DNA from: Octopus bimaculoides
Taxonomy: Eukaryota
Length of the DNA: 64,000 nucleotides
Direction of reading: 5' to 3'
NCBI RefSeq assembly: GCF_001194135.2
Contig: NC_068997.1
Location: 9,067,244-9,131,243, forward strand
In this document: positions 14,989 to 28,700 of the stretch, one piece after another
Layout: every line of letters starts with the position of its first letter
Position numbering within the stretch: the first letter of the stretch is position 1
The notes under the pieces: generated by a model
What the model saw: the letters and a program-made list of their open reading frames with translations, nothing else
Database searches by the model: none
Told to the model about the DNA's origin: nothing
Translations under genes and position numbers: made by a program

Positions 14989-17900
14989 CATCCTTTCTTT
15001 TATAGCCACAAGGCCTGAAATTTGAGTGGAGAGGAATAGTTTATTACATCGACCTCAAAACACAACTGGTACTTATTTCATTGACCCCAAAAGGATAAAA
15101 GGCAAAGTCAACCTCAGTAGAATTTGAACACAGAATGCAAAGATGGAGAAAATGCTGCCAAATATTTTGTTCAGCTTACTAAGAATTCTACCAATATCAT
15201 AATATAAGGACCTAAGACATTGAAATATTTAAGATGTGGGGCATGAGAGTGCAATCATTAAGTATGATTGAAAAGTCTGAAAAGAAACATAGAAGCCATG
15301 TCAGAGCTCACAATACATACTGCCTTAAATAACTGTTTGGGGACAGCATACATATAGCACAAAGGATTGTCAATTCAACAGAGTAACTCAGAGCAGTCAT
15401 CACTCATCACCCACACTCTATGCAATAAACGCCTAATAATCAAACACAATTTGACCAACATATATTCTACTAGATTAAGGACCAATAAAATAGCACAACT
15501 CCTGTTACTCACACACTATACACAAATGAACACATATATTTATTCAGCACTCTGTTGGTTAATCATATCTAATGCTCCAATTATTATTGGTTTTGTTTAC
15601 ACCTTCATGCCCTATATATCTTGAATATTTCAATGTAGAGGTCCTTGTATTATGATGGTTTTATTATTAGAATTGATAAAGGCGGTGAGCTGGTTGAATT
15701 GCTTAGTGGTATTTGGTGCGTCGCTACATTCTGAGTTCAAATTCTGTCGAGGTCAAGTTTGCCTTTCATCCTTTCGGGATCAATAAATTAAGTATCAGTT
15801 GCGTACTGGGGTCAATCTAATCGACTAGCCCACTTCACCCAAATTCCAGGCCTTGTGCCTAGAGTAGAAAAGATTATTATTATTATTATTATTGAAAGTG
15901 GCAAACTAGCAGAATCGTTAGCATGCTGGATGAAATGCTTAGCAGTAATGATGCCAGCATTACAATTTTGCTTCCTTTAGAAACAACTGGCACAATCCAA
16001 AACAAAATTCTGCCAAGGCAACACTAACGTCCTCTCAATGATTAGCCAGAGATGATTTTTAAAATGAGAATATCTAAAATAAACTCGACTGCTCTAACAA
16101 ACGAGAATACTAAAAATGAACCCGACCGCTCTCAAAAATTAAGTAAAAAAACAGGAAAAACAATCCAGAATCCTTGTCCAATACTGGATTGATCCCAAAA
16201 TTTAATCAGTTCATGCCAATCATGAGGCCAAACATCCCTGAAAGTTTCATCTGAATCCATCAGTGGTTCTTGAGATAGCTTGTCTACAGACAAACAAACA
16301 TGACTGAAAACAATATCCCTGCTTTCGCTAAGGCAGAGGTAATAATCAGAAACCGTAATAAACAAGGCAGTAGTTTTAGCAGAATTCATTGATAATACAA
16401 ATCCATTAACTTCTGTTTCACCTATCAAAAGTAAACATATTACTTCATGGTCCTGACTTTAAAATATCCAGTTATGACCAATTGAACACCTTTTCAACTT
16501 TGAATTTTGTAAGTGTTCATTATTAATATTCTGGGTGTGTTCAGATTTCATTCTGTTCTTTTAATGTAATTCGTGACTTCAGTGAAAGAGACAAGTAAAG
16601 GTGGAGTATTACCAAAAATTACTCATGTAAAATTAAAAGATGTAATAGTTGATAAGCATTAAAAGAAAAAAAAAAAAAGTAACAACTGTTTAGAGCTAAT
16701 AGATGGCACCAATAAATCCACTAATTTTCAGATTAGCACCTAAAATTTACCACAGATTGATAAAAAAGAGAGTATCTTATAAAAAAGAGAGTATCTTAAA
16801 GCCTCTCCAATTTGTAAAACGTAGTCTTCAGAGATTGAAAAATATACTGAAGACTGGCGTTTGACTGATTTTATGGTATTATGTTTGCAAAATGGTGAGC
16901 TGGCAGAATCATTAGCATGCAAGACAAAATACTTAATAATACTTATTCCAGTTTTACGTTCAAATTCCACTTACGATGACCTTGTCTTTCATTCTTTTGT
17001 GATCGATAAAATAAGTATCAGTTAAACAATGGGAGCAATGTAAAGTTGTTTAATGTTGCTGGCTTTGTGCCAAAATTTGAAACCATTACATGTGCAAGAT
17101 ATAAACTCCCCTCTCTGATAAGATAAATTCTGCTGCAGATGTAATTCCTTGATAAATTGGTAACTATACCTGACAGCTACATGAATTGGAAGATGTAAAG
17201 TAAAATCTTACTGCGCAAATACACAATGAAATACCTGCAGTAAATTTCAACTTAAGACATATGAGCTGATTGTTAGTCAAATACTATATCCACTACATCA
17301 TTTATCGTCCATGCTACTGCAATATTAACTATACCCATTACTTGAATATAAGCAAATGTTGTTTGTTTGTTTGGCCTTCGTAGGATTTTCGAGCGAGATC
17401 GTTGCCAGTGCCCCTGGACTGGCTCTTGTGCGAGTGGCATTTAAAATACACCATTTTGAGCGTGGCCATTGCCAGTACCGCCTGACTGGCCTTCGTGCGG
17501 GTGACACGTAAAAGCACCCACTACACTCTTTGAGTGGTTGGCGTTAGGAAGGGCATCCAGCCGTAGAAACTCTGCCAAATCAGATTGGAGCCTGGTGTAG
17601 CCATCTAGTTTCACCAGTCCTCAGTCAAATCGTCCAACCCATGCTAGCATGGAAAGCAGACGTTAAACGATGACGATGATGATGAAGGAACAATGAAAAT
17701 TTGAATCCACCAACTAATGTTTCACCAGGCCTTATTATCTACAATTTTTATTACATACAGAGTGCAGCAGAAATACCTTTCACATTTGAAAGGTTGATAA
17801 AAGGAAAAAGAAACAACATTTATGAAAAATTAATTTCTCTGTTGTTTAAACAAAGGGTTACAGATTTTGTTCATTAGCTAAATGAAAACATCACTGGCAC

Positions 17901-19683
17901 TTAAATAAGTTAATTAGCAACACATAGGTGAAAGTTTAAAATGTGGAAGGTAATTTCTGCTGCATCCTGTATATACTTTTCTACTCTAGGAACAAGGCCT
18001 GAAATTTTTGGGGAGAGGGGGGGGGGCTGTTGATTAGATCGACCCCAGTACACAATTCGTACTTAATTTATCTACTCCAAAAGGATGAAAGTCAACCTTG
18101 GTGGAATTTGAACTCAGAACGTAAAGAGAGACGAAATACAGATAAGCATTTAGCTGTATAGAGGGCTGGGCATGTTGTGGTCACTAATGTGCAGACATGT
18201 GCTGAGGTTATAACGTTTCAAGTGCTTCCTTGATGGTAAGCAAGTGTGGTTGCTGTTTGTCAGACAGGATTTTCCACAGCTTCTCTCAGTCCTGGACCTA
18301 GTGTAGACCAAGGCAGGGCACCAGGCACCTACAGTGTCATCAGACACTTACAGTTCTCTTTCAACAGACAATGCAGTCAGTGAAAGTTCCATTCTAGTGT
18401 TCTATAGAGGGTTAGTGGTGGGCAAGTGTGACATTCTTGGGGAGACTGTAGGCATTGATGAGAATCAACTGGATGGTCTGTTCCAGAGGACTTTTGGGCT
18501 GGGGCCTATGGATAATTTCCAGGAATCCTTGGCTTAGCAGTGCTATGGTGGTGGTGGTGGTGGTGGGGGCATTGCCAGTTTGGGATAAACTCTACAGGCA
18601 CAGAAGCTCAATTAGCTGTACCTATCTGAGATGCATGCAAAGTGATGAAACTGTTCTGCATGCTCTTGTCCAGTACGTGTGTATTTCTGACTTGTAGATT
18701 TATATTGAACATCTGCTGTCATGTTTGGGATAGACCTGGCCATTAGCTGAGTTCATTGTGAAGATAGTCCCATTGCCTTCCTTTGACTTGGAAGAGCAGG
18801 CTGTCTTTTGTTGCCGAGTGAAAGAAGTTGTGTGGTGGACCAGATTGAAACGGCTGAAGACAGATAATTTCCTCTTTGGCCAAGCCCTCATCAACTTTTT
18901 CAAGTTTTACCTGAAAAGGAAACTGTGGGTGGAAAGGGAAGTGCTGCCTGCCAACAAATTTGTTAAAAGGTGGGTGAATGTTGCAAGAATGATCTGAGTG
19001 AATGGGCCTACCCTAAGCATGCACCTGTAAGTTGAAGAAGTACAATGTGAAGAGGGCACTTGCCCTAGTGTTTAGGATGACAGTGGCTTTTGTGGGGTCT
19101 CCATGAGCAGCCCTAGGAAGTTTCCCTCATTTGGGGAATTATTCATTGTTATAATTTTATATTTGTTACTGTTTTATTTTTTACATGCCTTTTATGTAAC
19201 CCCACATTTTATTGTCCTGTACTGTTCCCAATGTTTCTGTGAACCCTTAGTGATTAATAAAGAAAACATTATTATTATCATCATCATCAACTATTATATT
19301 ATTAGTAATTTTTATCAACACTCCACCCTTTTTTTATTATCTGTTTCTTTTATCTCAAGTCATGTATTACATTAAAAGAGAAGAGGAAAACACTACCACA
19401 CCCAGAAAATGAAAATTATTGCACTTAATACACTGAAAAGATTAGAAAAATAACTATAGACACCATATGGAAATAACAATGTTAGAAATGCATATAGGGT
19501 AAAAAGAGAAAAAGCTATAGGAAAATGTGGATAATGGCATGAACAAAAAAAAGGCACTTGGCAAATAATAGGTGTTCTTAGTTACAGGTACACAACAAGT
19601 CAAATGTTAGTTCACTGAATTTCTGATAGTGAGATTGACAAGGTAGTAACTGTAAATTGTAGTAGATCAAGTATTAAAAAGAT

Positions 19684-19719
<36 letters not shown>

Positions 19720-22700
19720 CAGCTTTTTGATTTTCTTAGTGATGCTTATACTTTTTGTCAATATTTACATCCTCTGCTGATGTATATTGGTGGAAGAGGT
19801 GGTGTGTGTGTATGTGTGTGTGTGCAGCACTGGCATGGATGCTGTTTATGTGACACCAACACTAATGAGCCTGCAAGATTAGGGATGCTTAGCTGGAGAG
19901 GGCTGCAGGGGACGATCCTGTATGCAAGGGCAACTATGCTTTACTAAACTTGATGTGTCTTTTTAAGCACAGCAAATCACCAGGAGTCTCGGTCTCCTGT
20001 CATCCCCTTTGTGAGTACCAACATTTATAGATCTTTTCTCACCACTTCATACTATATCTTCCTGGGTCTACCCCTTCCACATGTTCCCTCTACAATTAGA
20101 GATTGACACCACTTAATGCAACTGTCCTCACCCATATGCATCACATGGCCATATCAGTGCAGTCTTCTCTCTTGCGCACTACATCTGATGCTACGTATAC
20201 TCAGTTTTTCCCTCAGGAGTGTGAGAAGTGAGTGGTGAATTATGTTAGAAAAATGTTAGCAACTAACACAGTGTATTACTAAAACTATTTACCCATTCAT
20301 AGAGAAACAAGTTTTGAAGTGAAAGAGTGAAAAAGATAATGGAAATTAGGGTGTAAGAAGAAATAACAATCTGTGCAATGATCGAATTGCAATGTGAATA
20401 TTTTTTTTCCTTTTTTTAAATATATCTTTTATTTCACTCAAAATTCCTCTCATCATAATTTTTTTTATTATTTAGTGATGGTAAGGTGGTGAGTTGGCAG
20501 AACTGTCAGCACGTCAGGTGAAAGGTTTAGCGGTATTTCATCTGCTGCCATGTTCTGAGTTCAAATTCTGTCAAGGTCGACATAATCGACTGTGCCCCAC
20601 TCCCAAATTTCAGGCCTTGTGCCTATAATAGAAAGAATTATTTAGTGTTGGTCATTCTAGTTTTTCAACAGCCTTTTATGACTGCAAATAAATGAAATTT
20701 CGCAGATAACAACAAGAATGGCTGAGAACCTTATAGGTGCAGGTGTGGCTGTGTGGTCAAGACACCTGATTTGTAACGAGATGGCTTGAGGTTGGGTCCC
20801 ACTGCATAGCACCTTGTGTAAGTGTCTTCTGCTAAAGCTCCACACAAGACAGCAGCTAAATATGGATATGGATATCTCTGAATAATTAAAATAATGTAAG
20901 ATTTGTGTGTATGTGTCCAACTCAACACAAATCAAAAAGTAAAGGCTGAAAGGTTTTTTAAATTTTTCCTATCATTTGGACATTGAGAAAATGTAGACAA
21001 AGGACCAGGATTGGCTGACTGTTGAATAATGTAAATGCAGATTTAACAGAACACAGTGGGTTGGAAGCAAAACGTAAGGTGAAACAAAACAAGAGGAGTG
21101 ATAAGCAGAAAGAGGTGTGAATCAAATGTTTTGAGTGGGAGTGGGAAATATATGGTGGTGGCGATGGTGGAAAGGGGATGGACAAATAACAATAAAAGCA
21201 TGTATGAGCAGAGAGAGAGAGAGGTGGTGAGGGAGGAGTGGGAGGCAAGGATATGAAGGTGAGGGGAAAGAGAAAGTCTATTTTTAAAAACCACAAGTGG
21301 TTGTGCATGTGTGTGTGTGTGTGTATACTGTAAGTTATTGATACTTTAATCCTCTCCCTCTCTGTTTATGTGTGCGAGTATCTAGTTATGTTTGTATGTA
21401 TGTGTGATCCCTTTCTCTCTTACTCTATCTCTCTATTTGTATGCGTAGGTTTACGTGTGTGTGTGTGTGTATGTGTATTTGCCTCCAGTGCCAAAACATA
21501 CTATCACCAAAACAGGTTGATTGTCCAATGAGCCATACCAAATCACTGGATATTCAAACAGACATGCACCGTCATCTCATTCTGAAAAAGATGTGGCATT
21601 CATTCATGAGTTTTTCAAAAGCTTTAGCATTTACTAAACCTAGATACAGAGGAATGAGGAAATGAAAACGAGCAGTGGATTTGTATGACCTACACCATCA
21701 GTAAACTACCCGAGAAGGCACAAAAACTCAGACTTATTTGGGTATGAGAAAAAATTATATTTTTCCCAAAAGAATTTACAAAATGTCAGATGTCTACAAG
21801 GAAGTTGAAAGCAGTTTGGTGAGATCCGTGTGACAGAAGTTGGTTCCAGCTTTACATAAAGAAACCTTAACCCTTTAACATTTAAACTGGTTATACTTGG
21901 CACATATAACATATATTCTGTTTTGTGTTCAAACCAGCCTGATCCAGTCTCCCATACCTACTCTACAATGTCATTCTAAAAATGAACAATCACGTCACTG
22001 AAATATCAAAGCTATGAGAATATTCATGATTAATTAAAAACAATTCAAAACAATGTGAATAAATAAAAACTACATTTGATACACTAATCTGAATGATAGA
22101 AGGTTAAATCTAATTAAACTCCCTTGATTCTGAATTTTAGAATTTTATCATCTGATATTTAAAAAAAAAAAAATGAAGAAAGAAGAAATAAATATCCACG
22201 GATTAATTTTGTCATGCATGAGAATGAGACATTAGGGTAACGAAAGAAACAAATGGTGAATATATCTTTAGTCATACTTACTTCGTCATCATTCCCAAAG
22301 TAGATTCTGTAATATCATAGGTTGGCATCACAATGTCTTTTGTTTCATGAGAACCACACCAAGAAAATATCGGATATTTTTGCTTACTTGACTTCTCAGA
22401 TAATGGCCAGTCACCGAGGTTGATAAAGAACTCCATATCAGGCAGGATAACTTTGCGAGCCAATGAAAGGAATGGTGTATCAGAAAATATACTAAACCCT
22501 GTGTGTTCTCCATAACACTTACGGCTCAACTGAAATAAATGGGAAGAGAATATCATTGTTTGTTGTTATTTCTTTTTTAACAAGTTGAATGCAGCATCAA
22601 ATATAAAAAAGAAAACTCTTATCAGAAAAAATTTCAAAATAATCAAAAATCAAAATCAAAAGCAAATCAAGATCGAAATCAAAATGGAAATTGTAGTTGT

Positions 22701-25700
22701 GGACAATGCCAGTTCCACCTGACCAGGAATCGAAACCACAATTGTAAGATTGTGAGTCCAACACCCTAACAACTAAGCCATGTGCCTCCACTACATATAT
22801 ATATATATATGTGTATGTGTGAATGCGTGCATGCCTGTGTGTGTGTCTGTGTAACATCACCATCATTGAATGTCCTCTTTTCCATGTTAGCATGGATTAA
22901 ATGGAGTTTGCTGAGGCAGATTTTCTATGAAAAGATTCCTTTCTTGTCCCCAACTGTTCAAAGTAAGGTAATATTTTCCTACAGATGATGACATATTTTT
23001 CACAGAAGACTGGAAACAAACAACCCCACTTGCATGACGGTGACACTCATTTACAACCATCAAATGATGTTAAAACAAGGGTACACATAAAAACAAACAC
23101 ATCATCATCATTCTCATCTTCATCTTTGTTTAACAACCATTTTCCATGCTAGCATGGGTGGAATGGTTTGACAGGGGCTGATGGGCCATAAGACCTATGT
23201 TTGCTTTAGCATAGTTTCTACAGCAAGATGACCTTCCTAATGCCAACCCCTTTCACAGAATGTACTGGATGCTTTTTCTCTCTATAAAATCCACTCACAA
23301 GGCTTTGGTCAGCTCAGGGCTACAGTAGAAGACACTTGCCCAAAGTACCTTGCAGTGGGATTGAACCCAGGAGCACATGGTTGGGAAGCTTCTTAATCAC
23401 ACAGCCACACTTCCTCCGAATATACACACATATATAAAATGCTGTTTTACTTGCCTTGTTGTTGATTATTTTGTAATGACAAATACTATGTTGTCCATGT
23501 TGATTGAATCTTTTGACTATTTTTGGAGCTAATTTTTCCATATTTATTGCATTTTGCCAAATCTTTAAGTCATCATCAATTTGTTTGTATGTTGAAGGAC
23601 ATTCCATTACTTTAAGCCATTTGTCAAAATTCAACACTGGACAATAACAATCCTCATGATATGAAGTTCCTGAAATACAAAAAATATAAATAAAAATGGA
23701 GGAATGAATAACACTGTGTAACAACATTTTAATTTCTTTTTTTGTCTTTCCTATTTGCTTCCATCGAGAAATCAAAGGAAATGAATACTATTCCTTTCAG
23801 ACTTTGCTTTTGTGATCTGGATGTCAATATTTTGAAACTGACCTATTTTCCATTACATTTCAGACAAATTCAACACCAAGTTGCTGAAGCAGAAATATCG
23901 TTATAGTAAACGTCCTGCTAATACCACAGATTTCCTTGTTAGTTGCTTGACCATAACCACTTGAGAATATGCCTTAGTGGCTGACAATATGTCCATCGCT
24001 GACCATAAGCAGGAGTAGTGGGATTATCATAGTCATGTGTTGAAAGGGATTCTTTGGGGTTTGAATAAATATCATAACAAAAGCAAAGTTTGATGGAAAT
24101 GTTAGCCATTTTCCATACTTTCTCGCGGTAAGCGAATAAGAAATAACAGTTATGACCCAAAGACAAAAATTGTGTTACACAGTGTAATTAGTTTGACTAA
24201 ATTCAATATAATATTGGTAATTAAGGTGGTGGAATTGTTAACTCACTGGGCCAAATGCTCAGTGACATTTCGTCTGTTTTTAATTTTCCAAGTTCAAATT
24301 CCACTGAGATTGACTTTACCTTGAATCCTTTCAGGGTCAATAAAATAAGTACCAGTTGAATATTGGGGTTGATGTAATCCACTTACCCCATCCCCTGAGA
24401 TTGCTGGCCTTGTGCCATAATTTGAAACCAATATAATATTGGTACCTGTTGTGAAGGCTGAAAAACCAAGTTAATTCCTGCAAAACAATCTTAGATTATA
24501 AACTGTCCTATGAAACTAACTACTGTAATCTTTTTTTCCTTCTTTTTTACTCATATCAATCATTGGACTGTGACCATGCTGGAGCAAAACTTTGAAGGGT
24601 TTTGGTCAAACAAATTGACCTCATAACTTTCTTTTTTTTAAATGCCTGGTACTTAATCTTTCTGTCGCTTTTGTCAAACAACTAGGTTGCAGCAATATAA
24701 ACAAACCAACACCGGTTGTTGGGGTACAAATACAAACTTACATGATGGGCTTTGTTCAGTTTCCATCTACCAAATCCCCTCACAAGGCTTTGGTTGACCC
24801 AGGGCTATTGCAGAAAACGTCTGCCCCAAGTGCCCTGCAGTGGGTTTGAACCCAAGACGAAGTGACTGGAAAGCTAACTTCTTAATCACACTTATGCCTG
24901 ATGATAGTAATAATAATAATGTCTAATTTAGGCACAAGGCCAGTAGTTCTGAAGTGATGCTGATGTTAAGCAGTCACATCAACCTCGGTAACTAATCAGC
25001 ACTTCATTTTATCAACCACAGAAGGGGCAAAAAGCGAAGTTGACCTTGGCAGGATTTGAACCAAAAACATAAAGAACTGGAACAAGTATAGCAAGACGTT
25101 TTGTCTGACACTCTAAATATTCTTCCAAGCCATCTTGACAATGATGATGATGATGATGATGATTTCTTTATTAAAAACTAAGAGTTGACAAAAACATTGG
25201 AGACATTACAGGATGATACAGTGTGAGATACCATAAAGGAGAATGCAAAAAGTAAAATAACAAACACAAAAAAATGATAAACATGATAATGACATTAAAC
25301 AATGATGATGATGATGATGATAATCTGAAATGGAGAACTATTCAATGATAAGGAGTTACAAGTAGAAATATCTAGAATATAGAAATAGAAAACAGAAAAA
25401 ATCCTCAGAGGAATAGTTACCTTTACACTGATAAAACCACTACAAAGTCCAGTTGTTGTGATGTAGTTTGTGTGCCACAATGACCCCGAGAGCTATGCCA
25501 GTAGAGCTTGCATTCACTGACATAGCTAGGGACCTAAGTGTCTCATGGACTTTGGGTAATCAGAACATGAAGTCATTGTTATACAACGACATATTCAAAA
25601 TTGTAGCCTCATTTTGATTATCACAATATTTTGGTTTTTGTGTCATCAGGCCTTTTTCATGTGTCTGTCATATTTGATATGATAATGTTCTCAGAATTTC

Positions 25701-28700
25701 AAACACAACCCATTATTAACATCTTTGGAAATAAATTGTTTTCATTCCAGTATCCATATCAGGGATACAATGAAATGGAACCAATTTACTCCCATGGATT
25801 TCACAAAGAAATTCCAAGAACCAAATATAACAAGTAACTGAGGAGGGCTGGAACATATAATGGCCAAAACATTGTGAACATAGCAAACAAGATGATGTCA
25901 CTCATCTGAATACAATAGAGCTTAAAGATGATATTTCTACCTCTCAGAAATTCAGACTTATAGAAATTATAGAATTATTAATTAAAATGAAAGGAATAAG
26001 ATATTACAAAAAGCTATGAAATATAGCAAAAAGACACAAAATACTAACAGAAAGAAAAGCTTTTCAACAGCCATTTTCCATGGGCTGGATGGTCTGACAG
26101 GATCCGGTGAGCCACAGGGCTGCACCAAGCTTCAATGTCAACTTTGGCACAATTTCTACAACTGGATGCCCTTCCTAATGCTAATCTCTTTACAGAGTGT
26201 ACTGGGTGCTTTTTTCACACCAGCAGCACCAGTGAAGTTGACAAGTAACTTGCAAAACAAAAGAATAGGAAGCAAAAAAAAAAAAAAAANNNNNNNNNNN
26301 NNNNNNNNNNNNNNNNNNNNNNNNNNNNNNNNNNNNNNNNGGGGGGGGGGGGAGGCCCTATGCCAGGTGTTGAAAGCCTAAAGTGTGATAGAGAGACAAG
26401 CCCAGTTGTTTAGCTTAGATATTAAATGATGACAATGTTGTTTTGTTCCAGATCAGTTCTGATTAAATAAACCTATAATCACATGTGCTCCAGCCATGAC
26501 AGTTCTGTATTTTGTTTTTTATGTCTATCAAAAATTACATTATCATTGTACATTAACCTGTGTTATCTTTTCAGTGGCAACACCCAATGCAATGAATGTA
26601 ATCACTATTAATCCAAAAACCAGATAAAAATAGAAGGCATCTATGGTAGCACACCATGTTCTCACTGCTGATAATGCTGCTGCTGATGCCACAGACAATA
26701 ACAATAATAACGATGATGATGATGATTTCAAATTTTGGCACAAGGCCAGCAATTTTGGGCTGTAAGTCGATTACATCGACCCAGTGTTTCACTGGTACAT
26801 ATTTCGTCATCCCTGTGATTATAGGTGCATTAGGAACTGTCCCTAAAGATTTGAACAGATGGATAGAGGAAATAGGTATAAAACCTAGTTTAGTGCAGTT
26901 CCAGTAAACAGTGATATTAGGAACAACTAGGATGGAAGCGCTGTGTGTTTCACCCACATGTAAAATTAGAACATTTCACACACCCTCCCCAAATAAACCA
27001 AACTACATCTCCCTTTCTCTTCTTCCTAACATTTCCTCTTTTTCATGCGCTACGCTTATCTCTCCCTTTGCACTCCTGCAGCCCAATCCTGTCCTCACTG
27101 CCCTGCCGACTGCATCATTGCTACCCTATTGTCTGCCTCAATATATACCCAGGTCTCACCAGTTACTGCATTCTCCCCACTTCCCCCTTCTTTGCATTCA
27201 TGTGAACTCCCTACTCCTGCACCTTTAGCAATGCCCTACCATCCAATTTATGTTACCTTGGGAATATACCCCGGCACATTGCCACTATCTCTCTTCCTCT
27301 CACTCTTGCTCTCAACCCTACTCACCACCATTATCATATTAATATCCACTTTTCCATACTCTCATCATCATCATCATCATCATCATCGTTTAACGTCCGC
27401 TTTCCATGCTAGCATGGGTTGGACGATTTGACTGAGGACTGGTGAAACCGGATGGCAACACCAGGCTCCAATCTAAATTTGGCAGAGTTTCTACAGCTGG
27501 ATGCCCTTCCTAACGCCAACCACTCAGAGAGTGTAGTAGGTGCTTTTACGTGTCACCTGCACGAAGGCCAGTCAGGCGATACTGGCAACGGCCACGCTCG
27601 AAATGGTGTCTTTTATGTGCCACCCACACAAGCCAGTCCAGGGGCACTGGCAACGATCTCGCTCGAAAATCCTACGAAGGCCAGTCAGGCAGTACTGGCA
27701 ACGGCCACGCTCAAAATGGTGCATCTTATGTGCCACCCACACACAGGTCGAATGAAATTTGTTTAAGCAGATGCCCTTCGTGTGGCCCACCCTCACCTGT
27801 CTCCAAGTAAAGGAACATTTCCCTGCAACCAGACAAGATTTCAAGGAAGACTGGAAATGAAGAATACTGCTTGCATGAGAATGACACTTGTTTACAGCTA
27901 TCAAGTGAAGTCAAGACAAGAACACTGTAATACATACATGCACACACACACACACACACGACAAGTTTCTTTCTACTGAATCATCCACTCACAGGGCTTT
28001 GGTCAACTCAGCGTCTAAGATTCCAGACGTTATAACTGAACCCAAAACTATGTGAGAAACAAACTTCTGACTACACAGCCATGCCTGCACCTACAATGAA
28101 TAATATAATCCCTGACAAGCAAAGAGTCAGTATAGTCGCAGCCTGGAATACCTTTTGATCTTATTCTGCACAATCAGGGTGGATTTAGGTCTTAACAACA
28201 ACAGGAGGTGAACAATACAAAAAAATTATAATCTTAGAAATAAGGACTTATCTCATATTTACTTACCGTGAAGGGTGAATGGTGATGAAGAAACATGCTT
28301 TCCTTTATGCTTAACGTGGATTTCAATATCCTTATATGATCTATGTAGACGATACCTCACAATGTAAGATCCATCCTGCCGATCTAAAACATTGAGACCG
28401 TACCAAACATGCGTTCCTTTCACTGATAATGAAACATGAAAAGCTTTTTCACCAACTGATTCTGTAAAACTAGAAAGAAAGACACATTTCAGTTAACTGC
28501 ATCCACAAACAGTTAAACAATCTCTAAAAAAACAAACATAACAAAAAACAATTACCAATACAAAAAAACTAAAGTTATTTCTATATGTTTTCATAGTTTA
28601 TATTTGTGACTATTTTAAAAAATAGTACCATATATGCTGGTGCAGGAGATGTGCTTTTTTTATTCTTAAATGTAACAAAAAATTGGGCATGCATCTAATG

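Noticed and set aside
14788-15018. Poly-N/S and poly-I/T ORFs, and similar ORFs at 2536, 7173, 31928, 34596, 35309 and 60128
   Set aside because: Translations of (AAT)n, (AGT)n, (TA)n and (CA)n microsatellites
27452-27904. Recurrent ORFs [24 protein letters not shown]... and [20 protein letters not shown]...
   Set aside because: Chance frames of the young SINE family, repeated at each copy with variable ends
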